Source of the DNA: a virus
Taxonomy: Duplodnaviria; Caudoviricetes
Virus record (IMG/VR): IMGVR_UViG_3300031577_000195
Location: 17,064 to 81,063 of that record
Strand: one strand, 5' to 3'
Length of the DNA stretch: 64,000 nt
In this document: in pieces, positions 57,452 through 64,000 of the stretch
Layout: every line of letters begins with the position of its first letter
Position numbering within the stretch: the stretch's first letter is position 1
Program-made: the position numbers and the translations under genes
The notes under the pieces: generated by a model
Told to the model about the DNA's origin: nothing
What the model saw: the letters and a program-made list of their open reading frames with translations, nothing else
Databases searched by the model: none

Positions 57452-57958
57452 TCATTGTTCGCTACCAGCGGATTGAAACTCCGAAAAAGCGGATTGAACC
57501 AAAAGTTTATCCCAATTACCACATTCGTAATACTTATGGTTAACTCCATAGTACTTGGTTTTACCCTTTTTGATTTCGAATAGAACGTTCTTTTTGACTA
57601 AACTAGAAACGATTTCAGATACTTGTGATTTACCCCATCCTGTAAGTTTCCCTAGTTGCTCTTGAGTCATAGCTATGCCAACTTCATCAACAATAATATT
57701 AGTTTCAAAATTAACGTATGGTTCAATGTCAAACAAAAAGGCTTTCTCTGACCGATTCAATTCTCTTGACCTCCTAAGTTCCCTGTTGGCTGTCTTGTAG
57801 ACTTTGACAAAGTACTTCCCCTTCCGTTTGTTCTGCTTCTCAAGACCTTTCTGTTGACGAATCTGAAGACTTTTCTCATAGTTTACTAACTTTTGTTCTA
57901 ACTGCCGAACATACTTTGACTGTTCATTATATGCTGCAACAAGGGCATTGTCGTCTAC
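57452..57958 (-). CDS. RepL-like winged-helix protein, paralog 2 (GTA start)
   Basis: Upstream extension YFVKVYKTANREL...AFLF aligns with paralog 1; RBS GGAGGG 6 nt before GTA. Confidence 0.6.
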   Translation of the reverse strand, partial: VDDNALVAAYNEQSKYVRQLEQKLVNYEKSLQIRQQKGLEKQNKRKGKYFVKVYKTANRELRRSRELNRSEKAFLFDIEPYVNFETNIIVDEVGIAMTQEQLGKLTGWGKSQVSEIVSSLVKKNVLFEIKKGKTKYYGVNHKYYECGNWDKLLVQSAFSEFQSAGSEQ

Positions 57959-58416
57959 CGCTCTCCCTCCAATATCTCAGGATTATCTATGGTATTACCT
58001 ATAGCTTCAACATCGTCACCATTACAAATGTTATATGAGGCATCAAGCAATGGATTATCAATGTTTTTCGCTAATATATAGCCCATAACGCTATCATCAT
58101 CACAAGGGCCACAGCTGCCAGTATCAAGGTACACAAAGCAGTTACCCCACCACCACGTTGGACAACTTAAGATGTCCTTCTCGTAAATATCAACACAGTT
58201 CTTGTCGCATATACCTGTGAATTGCCCTACAGTTTCAGGGTCAACTTCGTGATCAGTAAAATAGACATTTGTCACTGAACCGAAGCTTACTGTGTTAGTC
58301 ATAATATAGCTTTTGGTAGTCTCTCCGTCTGTCAACTCGCCGTAATACCCGTATACCCACTCGCCGTTATCCACTCGCTTGCCCCTGAATTTATACTCTC
58401 GCACCCACTCATTCAT
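57955..58416 (-). CDS. YopX-family protein
   Basis: KFRG...WVYG, VGQFTG..DKN...IYE.DI, IGN..DNPE.L. Confidence 0.92.
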   Translation of the reverse strand: MNEWVREYKFRGKRVDNGEWVYGYYGELTDGETTKSYIMTNTVSFGSVTNVYFTDHEVDPETVGQFTGICDKNCVDIYEKDILSCPTWWWGNCFVYLDTGSCGPCDDDSVMGYILAKNIDNPLLDASYNICNGDDVEAIGNTIDNPEILEGER

Positions 58417-59077
58417 CTCCTCTAAATCGCAACTCGATAAACTGTATCAATAGTTGATACTCTTGTGCATATTGGTCATAGTCATTAGTTTTACTCATGT
58501 AGGCTCTGAACTCATCTACAGTTCCCTTAAAGTCATGAAGTTCTATTTCAATCTCACCAGTTCTAGTTCTATAAGCTGCAATAGTATAAATACTAGAACC
58601 AACATTTGCACACCAAAAGACATCTCTAAATGATGTTATCTGAGCTTCCCCTGTTACCCAAGCGTCACCATATAGCGAAACATCGCCATATATTTTAGCG
58701 TTACCACCTAATTTGGTATAACCCGACACATTAGCTTCACCCGATACCTCGGCATTACCATATACAAAACAATGACCACACGCTACAGCGTGCTCCGTTA
58801 ACTTCGCATTGCCATCTATCTCTGCATTGCCAGCCACTTCGGTATCATCATATAACCTTGCGTTTTCGGAAACTACAGCATCCCCAAACACTTTAGCTTC
58901 ATCTGCTATCCAACAGTTACCTTCGTGTGATAAATTTTCTTCTTTCTCAATCCAACCGCCTAATTCACCTTCAGACACATTGTCAAACGAGCGTATAGCC
59001 TTAATTCGATGTAAAGTAATATCACCATATTCTATAGATTCGTTAGTTAACATATATTTTTTCATAATTTCCTCCAT
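58409..59077 (-). CDS. Left-handed beta-helix (hexapeptide repeat) protein
   Basis: RIKAIR.F..V..GELGGWIE.E.NL followed by V.G.A hexads. Confidence 0.85.
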   Translation of the reverse strand: MEEIMKKYMLTNESIEYGDITLHRIKAIRSFDNVSEGELGGWIEKEENLSHEGNCWIADEAKVFGDAVVSENARLYDDTEVAGNAEIDGNAKLTEHAVACGHCFVYGNAEVSGEANVSGYTKLGGNAKIYGDVSLYGDAWVTGEAQITSFRDVFWCANVGSSIYTIAAYRTRTGEIEIELHDFKGTVDEFRAYMSKTNDYDQYAQEYQLLIQFIELRFRGDE

Positions 59078-59114
59078 ATTCTGCTATATCTAACTAACAA
59101 TTCCCACTAACTAC

Positions 59115-60395
59115 TCATTTGACCTCCTTTAGCACACTTAAAAGTTTATCGCAGGTACTTATGACACCATGAGTCTTACGCTTGAACGCTGTGCGTTCCT
59201 GAAGTATTTCCATAAGTTCACAATATCGTTTGTAACCAGTGTACATGTCAGGTTTCTTCTTAAGGTCAACTTTGTGATAATACTCAGATAATCGCTTGTC
59301 ATGATACTGTTGTTGTTTTACTACTGACGCTTTTTCGCCAGCTACCATTTGTGCAAATTGAGATAATTTCTGTTTAAACATGACTACCCTCCTAACGTCC
59401 ATTCTAAGGTTAGAAACCTAAGTTATAACGCATGTTTTGATACTTTTGTATAACTGTAGGTATAAATGTATACTCTTGGTTATACCTTGAGTAAAACATA
59501 GGTTTTAATGTGGTTTATTCACTAGCTACCTCTAATAAATTTATTCCACAGAATGGACAGTAGTTTATTATTAGGAATTGGCAGTTTAATTCTCCGTATT
59601 GCAATTCCCAATGATATCCTGAATGTATCCTCGTTATATCAACGAATGCACTATCACTACCAGTACACCTATGGATATCCATTAGTTATCACTCCTTTGT
59701 TATAGCTAAAGCTTCACTTGCGATATCGGATATAATTTGAGCTAAAGCAGTTCCATAAATGCGTTCTGGAGCATTGTACCCTAGTTCATCTCCTAGCCTT
59801 TTCACTTGTTCTAAGGCTTGTTGCATATTGTTTGCTCTGGCTTTTTCGGCCTGTAACTCACGCTCAAGGCTGGCTATCATTTGTTTTAAAGAACAATCTT
59901 CTTCTTCCTCTTCACACTTGTAGCATAAGCACTTTTCAACATCACTCACCCTTGCTCACCAGCCTTTCGCCACTTTTCCGTTAATTCATACCTTTTGGGT
60001 TGGGTCATTGATTCTTCTAGCAAACACGAAGCTTCTACTGGAGATATATTGTTCTCTTGTAGCAAGCGTAACAACTTTTGGCCTTTCGATTCATAACTGG
60101 GAATAAAATTAATTTTCACTCCGATCACTCATTTCTTGACTCCTCTACTACAATAATCATTATCATGTATAGTGTGTGTTCTCTGAAGCATATCGCATTC
60201 CCGCTCCATATTACTATAGTACCTACACTCGAAACAATGCACTATTTCCAATGGCATCATGTTTACTTTTCTACAAAGGGCATATATCCGTTGGCATAAC
60301 TCAAGTATAGCCATAGCAATAGATGTAACAATAACCACATATCCAATACTTATAGCTGCATAATTAAGCAATTTAAGTATAAACTCAATTATCAT
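59115..60395 (-). other. Small hypothetical ORFs (59115-59402, 59689-59949, 59946-60128, 60129-60395)
   Basis: ORF track. Confidence 0.6.
59396..59470. repeat. Dispersed ~76-bp element, copy D (degenerate, oriented as C)
   Basis: ATTCTAAGGTTAGAAACCTAAGTTATAACGCATGTTT. Confidence 0.7.
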
Positions 60396-60985
60396 TTGTC
60401 ACCTCTTAAGCTTCGTACATATGCTATAAACCCAAGATATTCTTTTAGATACTGCGGATTATCTGCATGTACTTCCTTAACTCTTACTTCAAATTCATCT
60501 AGTGTACCGCCTTCGTAGTCATTCCAACAGCCACATATCACTATGTCATCATCAAAGCAATATGTTGTTGTGCCTTTGCGACTACCAACACAAGCCACTT
60601 GGATGTAACGCTTGTCTGTAGTTGCTCCACTTAGGTTAGCTTTAGTTAGAATAGCATTAGTAAGGTCAGCATCTCTTAGGTCAGCTTCAGCTAGAATAGC
60701 ATTAGTAAGGTCAGCATCACTTAAGTTAGCACCTCTTAAGTTAGCAACTCTTAGGTTAGCATTACTTAGGTTAGCATATCTTAGGTTAGCATCACTTAGG
60801 TTAGCATATCTTAGGTTAGCATATCTTAGATCAGCACCTCTTAGGTTAGCATTACTTAGGTTAGCATATCTTAAGTCAGCATATCTTAGCTTAGCATCAC
60901 TTAGATCAGCACGTTCGCCACCTGGTTTACCTCTTAGCCATTTGCCGTGACTCTCTATAATTTCGCACAGTTTGTCTTTATCCAA
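60392..60985 (-). CDS. Pentapeptide-repeat protein
   Basis: About 19 A(D/N)L(R/S)x repeats; 15-bp tandem DNA repeats at ~60631-60912. Confidence 0.95.
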   Translation of the reverse strand: MDKDKLCEIIESHGKWLRGKPGGERADLSDAKLRYADLRYANLSNANLRGADLRYANLRYANLSDANLRYANLSNANLRVANLRGANLSDADLTNAILAEADLRDADLTNAILTKANLSGATTDKRYIQVACVGSRKGTTTYCFDDDIVICGCWNDYEGGTLDEFEVRVKEVHADNPQYLKEYLGFIAYVRSLRGDK

Positions 60986-61283
60986 AGTTATTCACCACCT
61001 TCTCTGTTTTAACCCTTGGTTTTCTATTGGGACTTCTGAATCCTACGCATTTACCTTGGCACTCAAAAGTAGCACCAAACTTATCCTCTCTGATTATCTT
61101 ATAGCCTAACTTCTTGCATCGACTTATGTCAGCTTTAATTGTAGTGTCTATTGTTGTAACTTTAGTTTCCATGTCGTATCGAGTGATAGTCTCTTGTTCA
61201 CCTTTTGTTAAACGATAGTTCTTAACTAAAGATTCTGACTTAGGTTTCATATGATTCCTCCATCCAGTACCTAAGTAGGTCAT
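60978..61283 (-). CDS. Hypothetical protein
   Basis: ORF track. Confidence 0.6.
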   Translation of the reverse strand: MTYLGTGWRNHMKPKSESLVKNYRLTKGEQETITRYDMETKVTTIDTTIKADISRCKKLGYKIIREDKFGATFECQGKCVGFRSPNRKPRVKTEKVVNNFG

Positions 61284-61400
61284 TTATTATCTGCATCGGG
61301 TTATCTCCATCTCCCATTGGCTACTTTCTAGGCAATCGAAACAATGGTAGGTCTTGTGATTACTGCAGTCCTTACAATTGGTATATTCCATCTTTAGCAC

Positions 61401-61432
61401 ATCCTTTTGTTAATTCTTGAGTATTTTAGACA
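61401..61432 (-). repeat. RBS-associated directional motif, copy 10
   Basis: TGTCTAAAATACTCAAGAATTAACAAAAGGAT. Confidence 0.88.
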
Positions 61433-61490
61433 TAAAAATCCCTTAGTTTAACAGCTTCCTTCTCCCTCTGGAGAGAGCTTAAGTTCGCCC

Positions 61491-61522
61491 CCTCCGTTGT
61501 TAACTTTTGAGTATTTTAGACA
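61491..61522 (-). repeat. RBS-associated directional motif, copy 11
   Basis: TGTCTAAAATACTCAAAAGTTAACAACGGAGG. Confidence 0.9.
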
Positions 61523-61533
61523 GACTGAGGCCA

Positions 61534-62127
61534 TTAGAAAGGAATTTCTTCTGAGTTATCTTCGGGAAAATCTACAGGTGCTTCGTAACCATCGTCTTCT
61601 TCAGGAAACTCAAGGCTGCTACCACCGCCACCAGAATATTCCTTAAGATCAATCACTTGCAGTTTATCGACAAACAACGTTACCCCAAAATTCTTTTTGT
61701 TAACCCAATATACTGCAGGAGTATAGATCGCTCTTACAGTTGAACCTGTACCGATGTTAGTATCTAAAGGGATCGGATTATTCTTAGAGTCAACTAATTG
61801 TATCTTAGTCCATCTGCCGTTTTTCTCTTTCTTATTGCTCTTAAATTTAAATACTGGATTCCCTTCGTCATCTTCACTATATCCTGGAAATGGATCGCCC
61901 AACCACAGTAGTTCTTTACACTCATCTGTACCTTGCTTTTCATCAAATAAGTCACTGAATGCCTTTTGTAGATTTTTAGTATCCTTGTCGCTAAACTTAA
62001 GGGTAATCGCATAACCTTTTTCTTCATCGTTGATGACGTTTACTCTTGTATTAATATAGACATATTTCGCTTCGCCCTTTGGACTAACCGTTTGTTTACC
62101 ATAGAAGAATTTACATTTGCTTGCCAT
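61534..62127 (-). CDS. T7 gp2.5-like single-stranded DNA-binding protein
   Basis: FKFK, IG.GS.V, GV.L....QV..L.EY and an acidic tail ending in F. Confidence 0.85.
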   Translation of the reverse strand: MASKCKFFYGKQTVSPKGEAKYVYINTRVNVINDEEKGYAITLKFSDKDTKNLQKAFSDLFDEKQGTDECKELLWLGDPFPGYSEDDEGNPVFKFKSNKKEKNGRWTKIQLVDSKNNPIPLDTNIGTGSTVRAIYTPAVYWVNKKNFGVTLFVDKLQVIDLKEYSGGGGSSLEFPEEDDGYEAPVDFPEDNSEEIPF

Positions 62128-62193
62128 TTACACATTTCCCCTTTAGTATTTATTTTGGTCTAACTTAGCCCATCCTAGCGTTTACATCTTACT

Positions 62194-62227
62194 CACCACC
62201 TTTGTTAATTTTTGAGTATTTTAGGCA
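62194..62227 (-). repeat. RBS-associated directional motif, copy 12
   Basis: TGCCTAAAATACTCAAAAATTAACAAAGGTGGTG. Confidence 0.9.
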
Positions 62228-62660
62228 AAGCGAAAGGCTCACCTGCGTTATCGCCAGATAAACCATCAGCTCATTCACATGTTACTACTATCATTATTCT
62301 GTTGTCAACACCTTTGTTAAACTTTTTGGTCAGAAGATATACCTAAGTTCACCCTCGTCTAACTCATGAACCATACAATGGGTGGGTTTAAACTCGCAAA
62401 GTTCTCCTGCTTTCGCGAGGTCAATATAATAGTTTACTTCTGACTCATCAGCGGCAAGCAATTGCTCCAGTTCAACATCGTTTTTATAGAATATAACAGC
62501 TATCATTTTTACACTCTCCCATTAGTTAATCTAGGGTTTAACCAATAGGTGGGGTTCACGAGGTATCCAAATGATCACTTCCCGTATTAATTCCTGAGTC
62601 ACCTTATGTATCAACTCGTGTTAAACATCAGCAGCACCTCTCGTTCGCCTTTATGTGTCT

Positions 62661-62689
62661 ATTGTATAGCTTGTTATTATTAATGTCAA
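62661..62689 (-). promoter_or_regulatory. Leftward sigma-A promoter of the early operon
   Basis: TTGACA-17-TACAAT; a second TTGACA-18-TAACAT lies at 62308-62279. Confidence 0.75.
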
Positions 62690-62911
62690 TACCTTTGTTA
62701 AACTTTGTTATCGCAAATATATTGTATCTTTTGTTATTGCATATGTATATTCTTAGATGCTATAATTATCACGATAGGTCACAGACTAAGGTTTTATTAT
62801 TAATCGCTAATCTCAATTATGCAAACATGTGTTCTACTTCCTTAGTTTACCATATGATTTTCCATTTATCAACAATTATTTGCACCGCAATAAAAAAGAA
62901 AGGTGAAAGAA

Positions 62912-64000
62912 ATGGCACGTAGACGCAAAGGTGAAGGCACTCAGTACAAAACCACAATTAATAAAAAAATGTATTTTGCAGTTGAAAAAACAATTGATGG
63001 GAAAAAGCATACAGCTTACTCCAGAAAATCCTATAAAGAGGCTGCTGATAAACTTAAAGCTAAACTTCAGAATACTTCAAATGAATCAAAGTTAACCGTT
63101 GAGTATCTCTTTAAAGAATGGCTGGCATTTAAGTTAAACAAGGTTAAGACAAGAACATACGAAAATTACGCCATGTATGTAAAGAATAGGATTGTCCCAA
63201 GTTTAGGTGAGATACTATTAACCAAATTAACCACACACGATCTTGAGGAGTTCTATGACGACCTAGTGAACGACAATGTTAATCCTATGACCGTCCAAGG
63301 ACTTCATGGGTATATATACAACGCTATCGAGTATGGCATCAAAAGAGAATGGCTTACTAATAACGTTGCACAAAGATGTGAACTACCAAAAGGTAAACCA
63401 CCGAATATCTATGTACTCTCTGAAGATGAAATAAAGACTTTACTCGAATCAGCCCAAGGTACTCGTATGTATCTCCCAATACTTCTCACGTTGGCCTCTG
63501 GTGTCCGTAAAGGCGAACTTTTAGGACTCATGGGTAAAGATGTAGGTAGCAACTCTATTACCATCTCTAGGTCACTAGGGCCAATTAGGAGAAACGGAGA
63601 TGTAAAAAGCAGATTGGAGCTTGGTAGTACTAAGAACGAAGCCATTAGAACCATACCATTGCCTACTGAGATAATCGAGCAATTACCTAAAGTTGATAAA
63701 AATGAAATGCTATTTCCGTCAGCTAATGGTCACCTTTGGTTTCCTTCAAGTTTCAGTGTAGAATTCAAGGCGATTAAATTGAAAGCAAATTTAGGAGATG
63801 TTAGGTTTCATGACTTAAGACATACTCATGCATCTCATATGTTAGCCAATGGTGTTGATATTGTCACAGTTGCCCAGCGGTTAGGCCACAAGAATATACG
63901 AACAACACTGAATACTTATGCACACGTTATACAAAAGGCTCAACTCGAAGCCGCAAACAAAATTGCAACCTTTTTGCCATACACCTTAAATAAACCTTAA
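62912..64000 (+). CDS. int: Tyrosine integrase
   Basis: RR.GEG arm domain, SGVRKGELLGL, HDLRHTHA, RLGH....TT...YAH; RBS AAAGGTG. Confidence 0.97.
   Translation: MARRRKGEGTQYKTTINKKMYFAVEKTIDGKKHTAYSRKSYKEAADKLKAKLQNTSNESKLTVEYLFKEWLAFKLNKVKTRTYENYAMYVKNRIVPSLGEILLTKLTTHDLEEFYDDLVNDNVNPMTVQGLHGYIYNAIEYGIKREWLTNNVAQRCELPKGKPPNIYVLSEDEIKTLLESAQGTRMYLPILLTLASGVRKGELLGLMGKDVGSNSITISRSLGPIRRNGDVKSRLELGSTKNEAIRTIPLPTEIIEQLPKVDKNEMLFPSANGHLWFPSSFSVEFKAIKLKANLGDVRFHDLRHTHASHMLANGVDIVTVAQRLGHKNIRTTLNTYAHVIQKAQLEAANKIATFLPYTLNKP

Larger units (their letters stand above)
1..64000. mobile_element. Large temperate siphovirus-like prophage (partial; extends beyond both window edges)
   Basis: Integrase, replication/nucleotide genes, terminase, portal, capsid, tail tube, tape measure and tail-tip genes in modular phage order; no host housekeeping genes seen. 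Confidence 0.97.

Noticed and set aside
57761-57958. Apparent frameshift in the second RepL-like gene
   Set aside because: On recount (AAG GGG AAG TAC) the upstream region is in frame; the issue is a non-canonical start.
60612-60950. 112-aa plus-strand Leu/Arg/Ala repeat ORF
   Set aside because: Antisense shadow of the pentapeptide-repeat gene.
62653-62922. 89-aa hydrophobic ORF upstream of int
   Set aside because: Low-complexity AT-rich promoter region with no SD; it overlaps the leftward early promoter.
1-64000. Diversity-generating retroelement, retron, arbitrium system or IS element
   Set aside because: No reverse transcriptase, TR/VR pair, AimR-like TPR receptor with peptide, or transposase was recognised in the window.
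63900-64000. attL/attR site
   Set aside because: The window ends at the int stop codon; no core repeat can be identified without flanking sequence.

Overview
The whole window is the interior of one large, AT-rich, tailed temperate prophage of a Firmicutes-type host (Firmicutes-style RBS and sigma-A promoters; the exact host cannot be read from the sequence). The tyrosine integrase is at the right edge (62912-64000, +). A long leftward early/replication region (about 62.7 to 34.4 kb) encodes a T7 gp2.5-like SSB, pentapeptide-repeat and left-handed beta-helix proteins, YopX, RNA ligase, primase and helicase, a radical SAM enzyme with three TNSSS-motif proteins, a Cas4-like nuclease, dNMP kinase, a resolvase, class III RNR, ThyX, dUTPase, a DNA methylase, a sigma-like factor, a LAGLIDADG protein and two tRNAs. 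A central accessory/immunity block (24-34 kb) follows, then a leftward virion module (terS, PhoH, terL, portal, protease/scaffold, capsid, head-tail, tail tube, chaperones, tape measure, tail tip) running off the left edge. No lysis genes, DNA polymerase, CRISPR array or att site were found in the window. The most unusual signals are: a 12-copy directional motif fused to RBSs; a split NrdD whose glycyl-radical domain is a separate 39-aa gene, next to NrdG and a ferredoxin:thioredoxin-reductase-like gene; a TNSSS x3 plus radical-SAM/SPASM cluster; a primase-helicase apparently split inside TOPRIM; a two-copy pseudoknot RNA; a four-copy 76-bp element; and several genes that appear to need ATA/GTA starts. 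All product calls come from manual motif recognition, with no database searches.
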